From Azolla caroliniana (taxonomy: Eukaryota; Plantae; Polypodiophyta), in assembly GCA_043228905.1 (NCBI GenBank), contig JBHGNT010000512.1, forward strand, positions 1 to 22,100: a stretch of 22,100 nt of DNA. Direction: 5' to 3'. Shown in pieces: positions 1 through 11,399 of the stretch. A program made the position numbers and the translations under genes. Under the pieces are notes generated by a model. It was not told the DNA's origin, made no database searches, and was given only the letters and a program-made list of their open reading frames with translations. Each line of letters begins with the position of its first letter. Position 1 is the stretch's first letter.

Positions 1-1368
1 AAACATGGCAGTGCCAACGTCATTGGTGTTGAGGATGAACATCCTCCCTTCTCTGCGCCCTTGTGCAAGTATCTGGCCTTCTTCCTCGATTAAGCACCCT
101 AGGTACGTAAACTGCACTTGCATCCCCTGGTCAATGATTTTTCCAACTAACACCAGGTTCTTTGTGATAGTTGGAACGTGTAGTACGTTCATCAGCTTCC
201 CCTTTTGTTCGACATGGCTTAAAGGGACTTCTCCGACATGCACAATCGAGTGAGGGGTGTCGTCTCCGGTTTCGACAATCCCCAGTTGTTCCGGCTTCTC
301 CAAAATAGTGAACCACTCTTCATGCCTCTTCATGTGGTTGGACGCTCCGGAATCAACGTACCATACTTCCTCCGATTTGGAAGTGGTCTTCTTCATCGAG
401 TTAGCCTTGTGTTTCATCATGAAAGTTGGCCCTTTACCAGTTTTCCTGGTTCCGGATCCTTCTGATCCTTCCACGTAGTGCGAGCTTTGCCGGTTCTCCC
501 GCCCGATTTTGCCGGATCCGGATTTGTCCGAATCGGCACGCTTCCTCCAGCACTCGCTTTCCCTGTGGCCCTTTTTGCCACAGTACCAGCATTCCGTATC
601 GGCCTTTCCTTGCCGGTTCTCAGGGCCGTTTTGACTCCCCCTACTTGTGGAGGGTCTGAAACTGCTGTCGGCACCACCTCTATGCCTCCGGTCCTGCTCT
701 TGCCGGCCGCCTCCATTGCGTGCCGACCCATCTCATCCACCACGTCCAAGGGGCCGATCTGTCTCCGTGTACAGCATCCAGCCATCCGATTGAGTGGTCC
801 TTGACCCACTCGCGTGGTTTTCTTCGACCATCAGCATCAATTGCAAGTTGAAGAAAGACGGTGGTTTCTCTCGGGTGAAGATCGTTGTCCGGATTGGCCC
901 ATACCTTTGCGCTAGACCACCGAGACAGATTTGTACCATCTCGTCTTCGTCCACCGTCACGTTGATGGACCCGAGTGTGTCGCAAATCTCCTTTATTTTG
1001 GTGGTGTAATCCATAACCGACATGTCTCTTTGCCGAATGTTGTTCAGCTCTTGCCGGAGCTGCAACTTACAGGTTGTGGTACTCGCGGCGAAAATCTTCC
1101 TTAGATTTCCCCAGGCCTCCTTCGAAGTCTTTGCATCCTTGATGTAGTTGAGCATCTGGTCGTGCACACAGGAAGTGAGGCAGTACAATACTCGGTTCAC
1201 TCCTTGCTCCCATACCGGGAAGTCCTTTTGTGACGGCTCCAGTGCTACTTCATTTGTTCCTTCCACAAAGCCCCAATATCCATGCCCCAGTAGGTACTGG
1301 TGCATTTTATATGACTAGGACACGTAGTTGCTCCGGTCGAGCTTCTCTATTGGAAGTGAACTCGCCAT
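1..1368 (-). pseudogene. copia gag-pol polyprotein (gag, zinc knuckle, aspartic protease) with two in-frame stops
   Basis: Manual translation of one frame from ATG 1368: MASSLPIEKLDRSNYVS*SYKMHQYLLGHGYW... with TAG at 1315-1317 and TGA at 733-735. The frame then stays open to base 1, including CWYCGKKGHRESEC (550-591, CX2CX4HX4C), WYVDSGASNHM (331-363) and NVLHVPTITKNLVLVGKI. Confidence 0.93.
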
Positions 1369-1462
1369 TCCTCTATCCATATCTTCCCTCTATCTGTTGT
1401 TACCGGGTTCTAGGGTTCATCTATGAAAGCAAGTGTCAGTTGTAGAGGTTCTCAACCCTCAC

Positions 1463-1474
1463 GCTCTGATACCA
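1463..1474 (-). promoter_or_regulatory. Primer-binding site (tRNA-iMet)
   Basis: Plus-strand gctctgatacca reads TGGTATCAGAGC on the minus strand, the canonical plant copia PBS, immediately after the LTR terminal CA. Confidence 0.95.
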
Positions 1475-1922
1475 TGTGAATGTAAACGTGCGGAAGCGTT
1501 AGACAAAACCGGCTCAGCCAGATAGCAACAGAGAATAAGAGGTTTTAATGGAGAACCTTAATACATAGAGAGAATATACACAAGAGAGACAAAGAGAGCA
1601 AAACGTAAAAGCATTTTTTCAAAATAACTCTACCACTCGATCTCTACAACGTGCTAAACAACTCTATTTATACAAGTCCATAAAGGATTGACAGGTACTT
1701 CAATATTCCTACGTGCGACTGACACTAACTATGAGAAAATGATTACCTAGTAGTCTAGGCTACTACTAGGATTCCGGTTCCCGCTTAAATCCGGCTCTCC
1801 GATCCGTCTCTCCCGATCCGGCCGGTTGTTTCCTGATACCGATCCAGCTCATCCTTCCAGATGCCGATATGGGTCAGGCTTCTTCAGCCGATCCGGATCC
1901 GATTGAGCTTGCTCACTCAACA
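1475..1922 (-). repeat. 5' LTR of the young copia (~448 bp)
   Basis: Minus strand starts TGTTGAG (1922) and ends TTCACA (1475) next to the PBS. It has an internal TATAAATA at 1665-1672. The outer edge coincides with the switch to old gag sequence. The partner LTR is outside the window, so that edge is inferred. Confidence 0.85.
1665..1672 (-). promoter_or_regulatory. Putative LTR TATA box (TATAAATA)
   Basis: Motif in mid-LTR. Similar sequence context recurs at the equivalent offset of the older LTR (~2877-2905). Confidence 0.6.
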
Positions 1923-2537
1923 CTCCCCAATTTCAATGGCCATGACCTTAATCAAGATCTTCATGTGTATATAGCATCTACCCATCAGTGTTGTGTTTTT
2001 CAACTCAAACATCAACATGGATTGCAATTTGAAAAAGCTCAAGGGGTTCTCCCTTGTTGTTATAGCAATCCAAAACACATCATACTTATGTGTGAAGCCA
2101 TCGAGGCATTTTTGCATCATCTCCTGGTCATCGATAGTGACATTGATGGCACCAAATGAATCAGAAAAGTCTTTGACCTTGAGGGTATAGTCCATCTCAA
2201 ACATATCCCTCTACCAAATATTGTTCAACTCCTACTTGAAGTTTTCGAGTCGTGGTTTGAAGCCACGAAAATCTTCTCCAAGTTTTCCCATGCTTCCTTC
2301 GAGGATTTCATGTCTAAGATATAGCTTAACATGTTGCTAAGTAGTACATTACCCAATTGGTGCCTTGCTATTATGTGGGGTAGTCGGGGTTTATGAGATC
2401 GAGGGGTTATTTCTTGAGCCCTCTCAACATAACTCTAGTAACCCTCCGTGACTGGATACTATTGCATCTTGTACTCCCAAGGTGCATAGTTATGCATGTC
2501 CAACTTCTCTGTTCGAAGTGGTTACCCGTATCTGCAT
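1923..2537 (-). pseudogene. Degenerate gag of an older, related copia element
   Basis: Aligns by eye to the young gag: EKLDMHNYAPWEYKMQ*Y vs EKLDRSNYVS*SYKMHQY; MDYTLKVKDFSDSFGAINVTIDDQEM vs MDYTTKIKEICDTLGSINVTVDEDEM; DG*MLYT vs DGWMLYT. Multiple stops and frameshifts. Confidence 0.9.
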
Positions 2538-2686
2538 TCATCTTTAATTTAGCTCAATTCATAAGCTCCTCTCAACATACACCTTTTATCGTGTAGCAAC
2601 ACAACAACAATAATTTGTTCAAAACTATCTCCAACTACTCACACAACTTCAATGGTAGAGTTCAGTGAAAGATATCCAACCCTCAC

Positions 2687-3264
2687 AATCACATATCATG
2701 AAAAGAATGCTAACGCTTGTAGAGTCAAGATGTGCGAACGTGTAGTGTGTGTGAGAGAGTGGGTGTGTGAACCGATAACTCACTCTCCTATGGGGATGAT
2801 AACTTGGTTTAGGTTTAGTTCAAAAGTATATTAATCAACTAAAAATCATCAACAAAACACAATGCGTCAAGTGGCCTTTATATATTCAAGTCCTCACAGG
2901 ACTGCTACATTTCATGTGGTTGGTCAAGTCTAGTCATAGACATCCACTTGAGTACAATTTTGTTCCACAATTTTAGCTTTTTTTCGAAATATGTATATGA
3001 AGTTGCCATATATTACCCTATCTTGCCATACACCCTCTATTTCCCCTAGATAACACCTTCATCCTTTTCCACTCTCTCCCTATCCCAAACAATATTCCAC
3101 TCCCCTTTTTCCCTTCCCTTTTCTCTACTACCTTCATTACCCCCAAATGACTTAGGCTCATCATTAGCACCCAGGCCATTAGTACATGTCGTGCATAGCT
3201 TAGCCCATGAAGACCTTGGCATTGGTACTAATGCTACGATGTGTGGTTGAATTGTATCTCAACA
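2687..3264 (-). mobile_element. Decayed PBS (2687-2698) and probable 5' LTR (2699-~3264) of the older copia
   Basis: caaccctcac-aatcacatatca-tg mirrors caaccctcac-gctctgatacca-tg of the young element. tttatatattcaagtcctcacaggactg mirrors tctatttatacaagtccataaaggattg. ctcaaca at 3258-3264 gives a TGTTGAG start like the young LTR. The outer boundary is uncertain. Confidence 0.6.
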
Positions 3265-3311
3265 CAATTAAGCTTGAGGAGATGTGTTGAGATACAGTTC
3301 GACCACACATC
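3238..3311. repeat. Inverted repeat, 29-bp arms with 16-nt loop
   Basis: gatgtgtggttgaattgtatctcaacaca (3238-3266) versus the reverse complement of 3283-3311: 27/29 identical. Confidence 0.95.
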
Positions 3312-3449
3312 TTGTATTTGAACACACATTGTTGTGGGCTCATGCATGTTGAGTTCCATCCTTGTAATAAATGGATAAGAGGTATCTTGTATTAGATGAA
3401 ATTTGACACTTTAGATATCTCAATACTAACTCTCCCATCATGATAGATT

Positions 3450-3650
3450 GGTTCGAACATTTATGTGAAGTAAGCATAGAACATTCTATATAAACCATGG
3501 CCCCTCTCTTGCATTTAGTGATGATCGTCATCTAGAGGAGAAGGGATCAAAGTGGATAGAGGGGAGTGATTTTTCCAATTTGGCAACCTAGTTTCAACCT
3601 CCATCAATTGGAAACCAAACTCAACATACAATGCGAGAGAGTGTGCCACA
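3450..3650 (-). pseudogene. Possible decayed LINE ORF1 (DUF4283-like) fragment
   Basis: One minus frame reads TLSRIVC*VWFPIDGG*N*VAKLEKSLPSIHFD...AREGPWFI*NVLCLLH. The GPW-F motif and spacing resemble plant L1 ORF1. Motif resemblance only. Confidence 0.3.
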
Positions 3651-3977
3651 ATTAACACAATGAAAATCATGGTAACAAAGCTTAATCATAATTTATATTA
3701 ATAATCTCAATCATATGATACAAGAGTTACCCTCCAATCTATACATTATCTCATTCTATAATTAGGGTGTAGAATTCATATGTCCAATAGACCTTTCTCT
3801 TTAGTGTGTCCCATTTACAACATGTGTATAACATAGTTTATCATTGAGGCATATCTATGGACTTTGTTTAACTCTTTTTGAAGCCATTTTTTAATGATGT
3901 TTAATTGGTCATATAAGGTATTTAGTGAAAAATGATTTGCATGTGTGGCACAAATTATACAATGGTATGAGATTGTG

Positions 3978-4500
3978 TGTTGGTTATCATGGTAGATATA
4001 CAATGGGGGAATGTATGTTGGCTATCATGGCAGACCCTAGTTGACAGATATGAGCATCAAGAAGAGGGGATGACTTTGGTTATAAAAGCACAAGAGGTTT
4101 TTTTCTCCACCATCGACAATGTCCACTCAACTCCTATCAATGCCAAATCTCAAGTTGTGTTGGAATTGGTCATCCCAATAACTCTTTGGATTCTATGGAA
4201 ACAACGATGTAGACGAGTCTTCTCCAACCAAACCGTGCAACCAATAGTGTTAATGCAAGAGATATGGAGTGAAGTGGTAGCCACTCTAAAGAGCCAATAT
4301 GATGGCCTCAAGGGTGACTCCGATGGAGTTGAAAGACAACGACTAGCCTTCATCCAACAATGGTCACCCTCCCCCTTTATTGAGTCGGTGGGCATCCACA
4401 TAAGATGGACCTATCATGTCCCTACAGGGATTTGTATATACTAATCTCATCTGTAAAATTTTATAACTAATGGAAGGAGTTTTTTTTTTTGAAAAAAAAA
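3978..4500 (+). mobile_element. 5'-truncated L1-type LINE (ORF2 C-terminus, short 3' UTR, poly(A)) with 17-bp TSD
   Basis: ORF 3977-4444 contains ITLWILWKQRCRRVF, matching the W-x-I/L-W-K-x-R-N-x3-F motif of plant L1 ORF2 C-termini. A-tract at 4492-4500. Identical aatggtatgagattgtg at 3961-3977 and 4501-4517. Confidence 0.92.
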
Positions 4501-7500
4501 AATGGTATGAGATTGTGGTCACTTGTTACCACATGGAATACCTTAGCAAATTGCATTGTGTGTCTTGCTTCATGAACAACAATTCACGCAAGCATGGTAA
4601 ATATAAAATAGGAAATTTTGCGCCACAAAATCTACATCCAACACATACATCTATAGACACTTCAAAATATACATTTGGTTTTGGTTATAGTATATATCAC
4701 ACATCGAAAATTACTCATTGATAACACTAAATGAGATTGCACATTTTTTATTGCCTTCCACAATTCTAATTGGTTTTAGATCATCTAATTGTTTTGTGAA
4801 TAATTAAAATGTTATCTTAGATAGGATAATGATTCCCGATGAGGATTTTTTTCTCTAGAATATAATTTTGGCAAGCACTCGTTTACGTAGCTTGCAAGAA
4901 TAATTTCAATAACATGAAAGATTTGAAATATTAATAAAAGTAATGTTTCGATGTCATTGAACAATTAAACTACAAATGGGTATCCTAAGTTCTAGAAAAG
5001 GGGAAACCATTGAATACATCATAACTTTTATTAAAATAGTGGACTCACAAGATTAATCAAGTCCACATTCTTCAACCCATCATAGTTTATTCTTAAACAC
5101 ATCATGGTTGTACTCTCAAAAAACCACATGACCCCCATTGAGGGAAGAGATTTGTGCATTTAAATTAATTCTACAATATTAGGTTACGAAAACCTTATTG
5201 AAATCATGTCTACGTTTCCTTAAGGCCAATAAGTATATTGTGGCTTAACGCGAACAAGAAATTGAGCTAGACAAAATAACCTATTTGCATGGTTTGAGAT
5301 ATCACAACTATGTTGTGATTTGTTTCATTTTTCGAAATATAGTCTACTAGAGCATTAGAGGTTTTCCTAAACTGTGCATACCCATAAAGCAAGTAAACGC
5401 ATCCACAAATTTACTTTTGAATGTTCATAGCTCATCTCTAATAGTAAGAATATAATCACTCGTCCCGTTAGGAGATATGGACATTAGCTATATACGAATG
5501 GAGCTCAATAGTGCACCATCTTGATTAGTTTAATTCTTATGAACTTATATCATCTATAAGCTTTAAGGATACAAGCCAACCAATAATGCATATAAACCCT
5601 CCCTTCAATGCAAATTGTTGGTTGGTTAGTTCTTATGGTCATGCATCAAATTATAAGGTGATTTACATCAAAGTCAATAAAGTACCTCATGTTGCAAACT
5701 AATTATTTCAAAGACAAGATTAATATTTTAGTGATAATGGAAAATTGATGGAAATGTTTTTAAAATTATAATATGCTTAAAACAGATGACTCGATATTAC
5801 TTTCTGTAGTCTTATCAATGTGTACTTTTTTTATGTTGGACACCGGCCCCTTTCAATCACTGGAGGTCCAGTGCTATGGAAGTCAATGGATATAGTCCCA
5901 ACAAGTTTCTCAATTGTCTTTTAGCTTTATGCACAGTTTCTTTTTCGATTGAGCTTCTATTTCGTTCAATAACAATAATTTATTCCCAATCCCTCTTTTG
6001 TATTCCTGGTAAATAAAAGATCGAGATGTGCTCATTCTAGTTATTAGTGTATTTCTTACATCTTTTGTACCAAAGAGAAAGATTCCTTGCATCAAAATAA
6101 GATCTAACGATTTCTCGTAAAGCTTTGTCCACATGCTTAATGTACTTTCTTATCAATCAAATTTTCGTGAATTTCCTTTCTCAAATTGTCTTCCTTGCAA
6201 TACCTTTTATGGCATAGAAAATCATAGAATGTCTTCAATGTTTATGAATTATACCCTCAACCAAAGAATCCTTGGTAATAATCAAATTAATGGTTTGAGA
6301 TCCATAGTATCTTCCAATTCTCATGAATGCCTTGATGTCGTTAGGCAAATTTTAGACCCAATCTTAGGTCTTGGAATGTAATTCCAAACTAGTTCACTCT
6401 CAACTAATGGGAAAAAAATAGGCTTTCGTAGGGAAACTTTTGGAATTGCTTTGTATACAAAAGACTATAAGTTCCGTACCGTAACTCCGAATTGAGCTAG
6501 TCATCCTTGGTATTCGTTATTCCTCTCCCTAATATATGTACAATGATAGGTCATATGAATAGGGTTTTGATAACATTTACCTAAACCTTTAGCAAACCCC
6601 AATGTAGAAGTATATTGATGAAATGGAATTTCTTACAAGGCCAAATTCTAAGTCAATGTCTTCTTAATGGTATGATGTATTTAACAGATAATGTTATTCA
6701 ATATACCTCTTGATATATAATTTGCCTAATTATTGCAATCAAGGAATGGTATAGTTTAAACCTTTAAATGTATCAGATAACATGTAATTTACATAAAATA
6801 ATTATAACAAATTTGCATCACGAATAAGTAATATTTTGTCTAAAAGGAAACCTTGGAATATTGTTCTAAGTTTTTGTAAAATATTGCATGTTTATTACCT
6901 TCCAAACCAAAAAACAATTTCCCTCACATACAGACTTTTCGAACATACCTCAAGAACTAGAATTGTTAGCCTCCATTATGAAAGTATACAATGGAACCAA
7001 AATATGGCCACTTTCGTAAATCTAGCAATGATTACAAATCTAATACACCACATACTTTTGTGTGTATATCTACATACATTAGATAAAACATTCGCAACTC
7101 ATTTCTATTTATTGGTGACAAAACTTGATATAGTTTGTTAATGTAGCTAGCTACATTCTACATATCTTCATCGAGGGCAACTACAATACCATCACTAATA
7201 AAATCTATATCCTCTTTGGTGTACTCATCACTTAGATCCTCTTTGATCTTTGTTTTCTACCAAGAATTATCTTCATCGAGATGGAATCTATCTTCTTTCA
7301 AGCCACCTAATGAGCTTCGCATCACCATATATCTTGATTGACTTACATATGTGTATCAAAATATCTTCTCCTTCAATATTTCCATGTTGGGCGTACAAAG
7401 ATGGCCTAACTTTGTCAATAAAAAATCATATATGCTACTTCATCAAGTTCCAACTCATACTAGAGCGAATATTCTTCTTTGTCTTTTTGGTCGATTTCAC

Positions 7501-8544
7501 ATTCAATCATCTCGTGGACATATTGCCTAGTGAATACATCAAAGTTATTTTTGATAAGTTGAAATTGCACCTTATTAATTTTTATATGCCCAATGGACAA
7601 TAACCATCTCTCACATGGCAAAACAAACAATTGAACTCATCAACAAATGTTAGGGTGCTTGAAGTCATCACCACTAACTAGGATGATGACGATTAATCAA
7701 ACTTCTATTTCCTAAATGTATCGAAAAGAGCATTGATCCCGGAATTCAAGAAAGTAGGGAAGTGGGATCAGAGATAAAGATGTATACCAAACAAACGATA
7801 AACATCCATAGGCACTTGGAAAAAAAGCAACTAACCTAAGTAAAATAACACTCAAGGATAAGTGGAATCACCAAGGATAAAAATACTTTGACACCAATAA
7901 CTTAAACTCGCCCTTGATGATATGTGAAGTGATATGGGATAGGACATTTTGACATTAGTAAAAGCTAGAAAACATCATTTAAGTGAGTGTGCGTGAATAG
8001 TATTGGATTTTAAACCCCATGAGTCTCATAGGATCTAAAAGTTCATAATGAACATCCTGAAGTATGTTCTAAAATCATAGAAGGCTAAGTAGCAATAGAT
8101 AAACCCAAAAAAGCTCAAAACAATAATAAAATATACTTAGGTAGAAATGAGGTTTATATAATAGACATTAGAGTAATGCACATAGCATCTTTTAAAGTTA
8201 TTCAAAACGATTCGGAATCCTTTTATTCTAAGACAATGATGAGGAAAGATGGATAGATAGATGCCTTTTTAATGTTTATGGAATATCAATTGCGATTTAT
8301 GAGACATCGTCTAGCTCTGATGAGGATCGAACATAGCTTCTCTCAATTTTATGACTTTCGATGCTATAATGTAAAACAGCCAGCGAGAGAAATAGTAACC
8401 ACAAAAAGAGCCACATTAATGGCAACATCCATGGAGAATACACAAACATCAAGGAGGAAAAATCTTGAACTAGCCAATCACCACTTCATCAACTCTTCTC
8501 AACAAAAGTGCAAGCACCAGTTGAGTTTTGTAACCAAACAAAAG

Positions 8545-8567
8545 CTAAACCCTAAACCCTAAACCCT
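8545..8567 (+). repeat. Interstitial plant telomere-type repeat / telobox (AAACCCT)3
   Basis: ctaaaccctaaaccctaaaccct. Confidence 0.85.
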
Positions 8568-9705
8568 TCAAGACCAACATGGCGAAGGTGACATAAGAAA
8601 AGTGGGAAAAGCACTCTTCATTGATGGCAAAAACAATATGCAATGGCAACGGTATATTGTTGAGGCTAGAAGAGGCATGATGAATAAATTCCAAAGCGAT
8701 GTCAATGTCTAATTTTATCAAGAGAAACTTTTAGATAATTAGGATAATGACTCTAAATTATATACACTATAGTGAGGATCCTTGGTGCTTATGATGTACA
8801 AATACTTGGTGGTGTGTTTGTGTGTGATAAGATAGATTTTATTATCATTCTCATATGTCAATATAACTATATAACCAAAAGTAAAACATTTTTACTTTTT
8901 CTTTTCTATAAAAAATATCCTCCATTGGTATTAAAATTAAAGGAACAATATACATAAATTGTCTTGCATCTGTTCAAAACTAATACAACACCTCCTCAAC
9001 ATATCCATAGTCTATGTAGCCTCTCTTTGAGTGCATTCCATGAGATGATATTTGAAACCATAATTGTGCTAAATGTTTTCTGCACAGTTTCTACATTTCG
9101 AGGATATCTCGAAATTAAACTAGACCATTCAAAAAGACTTCTTGCTTGTCTTATGGCAAAGATTTGTTAAGCTTCAAGCATACTTCTCAATAAGGGCACT
9201 TGTTTCTGTGACCTCCATGTTTTGCGAGGACATTTGAACATGGAAGTTGTTCCCTTTCTCTTTCTGTATATCTCCCATGTTGCCACATGCTTTCAACATA
9301 CCAGAAAATGTCATCATATTAGAGTAAAACATTTTTACTTACTAATTAGGGAGTTGAGTATGACTTTTGATGCTCAAAACTTTATTGACAAATCTTATAA
9401 TTGAGAGTGCATAGTCGTGTCATCGGAGAATCTAGGTAGGGATTGTACTATATTGATAATGTTTGCAAAGAAAATTTGAATGTGCTCGAAGGTGAAATGT
9501 TGTATCAAAATGTGTCCATGTCTCATTCCCATATAATAGAACAGATATTTTATCGTCCAAGATGTGGCCAAATTTAACCTATGGAATCAAATCAACATAT
9601 CATCTTATGTGTGACTCTTTCCTAAGAAGGGGAGTTATTACTTTGTAGTAAGAACTTTCAATGTGAAAATAATACATGCACATATGTGCTCACCTTCTTG
9701 GTGGA

Positions 9706-9710
<5 letters not shown>

Positions 9711-9756
<46 letters not shown>

Positions 9757-9764
9757 GAGAGAGA
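9711..9764. repeat. (GA)n microsatellite followed by a short (TG)n tract
   Basis: Direct inspection; one interruption at 9751. Confidence 0.97.
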
Positions 9765-9996
9765 TTGTGTGTGTGTATGTTGTGTAGACAATATGACAAT
9801 GATATGCTCAATTTGTCAACATGATGTTGGCATTGTCTGACAATTGTCTATGATAGGTGGTATGTTCTTGTTAGTTCCTATCCAAAGGGCGGAACATTTC
9901 TTGGCTTGAACACATCAAACAATAGATGAGAACTCAAAAACTAGTGAAATGGGTTATTTATTAAGGGACAACATTGACCGTCTTATAGTACTTCGG

Positions 9997-10028
9997 CCAT
10001 GGGTGAAATGCTCACTTTTCACCCATGG
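9997..10028. repeat. Perfect 12-bp stem, 8-nt loop hairpin
   Basis: ccatgggtgaaa-tgctcact-tttcacccatgg. Confidence 0.9.
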
Positions 10029-10590
10029 AAAGATGGGCCAATTCTACAATGTAGTCATGCATTATCCTATCATTTATAGGCAATCAAATGCATGCTAATT
10101 TCTTAAATTTGACGAATATCATGGGTGCAAAAGTTTGTAAAACCTTGTTCACAATTTAGAAGTGTGAAATAAATTGTATGATGTCTCCCAGATGATGGAG
10201 GGAACAAATGTGACTTTTTGGTAAAGCTTCCCAAGATAGAAAATATGCTTTAGCAAAAGGATACAATGCATCCTAAGCAAGCTCCAATGTTCAAATTCCA
10301 CATTATGGATGGTAATGAAGCCCACCAAATTTCACAACGCATGCCTAACAACTGTTGTGAAGCTATTTCTTCTCCTTGTAACAAGCAATACAATTTTGAT
10401 GAACCAATAATGCCAAAGGTATCGGTACTAGAAGTCTTTTGGCATGTGAGAGATAGTAAAATAGATTGCATTAGTTTACTATACTTCATTGTTCTAGCCA
10501 TGGTGAACTATCCTTGTGTATCGTTTTTATTCTCTTTGTTAACCTTGTCTTTTATTATTAGCATATCCTTGAACCTTGACCAGCCAACAA

Positions 10591-10930
10591 CATCATTTTC
10601 AACCCTTGGGTTCTAGAAAGTGAAAGGTAAATTTATAAAGCCGTAATTTTTGTAGAAAATATGAATGGTTTTGTAGTTTACATAGCATTAGACTAGCTCG
10701 TTGTTACTTTATACTTGAGCTCACACGCTTAAGATTATAAATCATAAAATATTGCCTTTTATTAGACAATGCCATCGTTTTCGACCCTTGGATTGTAAAA
10801 AGTGAAAGGTGAAGTTGTAAGATAGAGTTTTTTTGAGAAATTTATAAGTTTTTTATGATCAGTATAATTATTTCAAAGTAAAAATACGGATATTTTTACC
10901 ATCGACACAACAGGCTTTTGACTCTAGCAC
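10591..10930. repeat. Diverged tandem duplication, period ~182 bp
   Basis: 10591-10638 vs 10773-10820 match 40/48 without gaps. A cacgct...ttataaa block recurs near 10724 and 10908. Confidence 0.8.
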
Positions 10931-11399
10931 GCTAGTTATAAAGTATATCCTTTGCATACCACTACGAAACTAAATTTGTAGTTGGCATACCACAATTTTA
11001 ACAAATTGTTTCAACACACAATATCTAGTTGTTATTATGCTCTCAATGGCTCCTCGTTGAAACAATGGTAACAATTTTTGCTACGATAGATTTTTCTATT
11101 AGAGATCTATTTCTTAGAAAATCATAATTGGTGTATGTATGTATTCTAGAAACCAAACACAGTTGTCGATCCACTTCCTTTTCTATGATTTTAAAATAAA
11201 TGATATTTGGACTTGCGCTTCATGAGTTCTGAGGAGCCCATGGAGTTCACGCTTTGAGCATATATAACAATAGGGTAAGTTTCACTTCCTTTCATTATGA
11301 GTTTCTCTTGAGACAACTTGAGTGCATGTTGAAAACGCGGTTGAGTGATACATGTTTTGGGCTGGGATTTGTCATTTAGATATTGCAAAAATGGCTAGA

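Larger units (their letters stand above)
1..1922 (-). mobile_element. Ty1/copia LTR retrotransposon, 5' part (LTR-PBS-gag-protease), truncated by the window edge
   Basis: Minus-strand order is LTR (TG...CA), then TGGTATCAGAGC PBS, copia-type gag, a CCHC zinc knuckle and the protease motif WYVDSGASNHM. Confidence 0.95.

Noticed and set aside
5-1009. Plus-strand and off-frame ORFs over the copia (5-253, 238-465, 478-804, 417-809, 680-985, 794-1009)
   Set aside because: Antisense or alternative-frame shadows of the GC-rich gag-pol, with no independent motifs.
8545-8567. True telomere or chromosome-fusion scar
   Set aside because: Only three units; such teloboxes are common in plant promoters and transposons.
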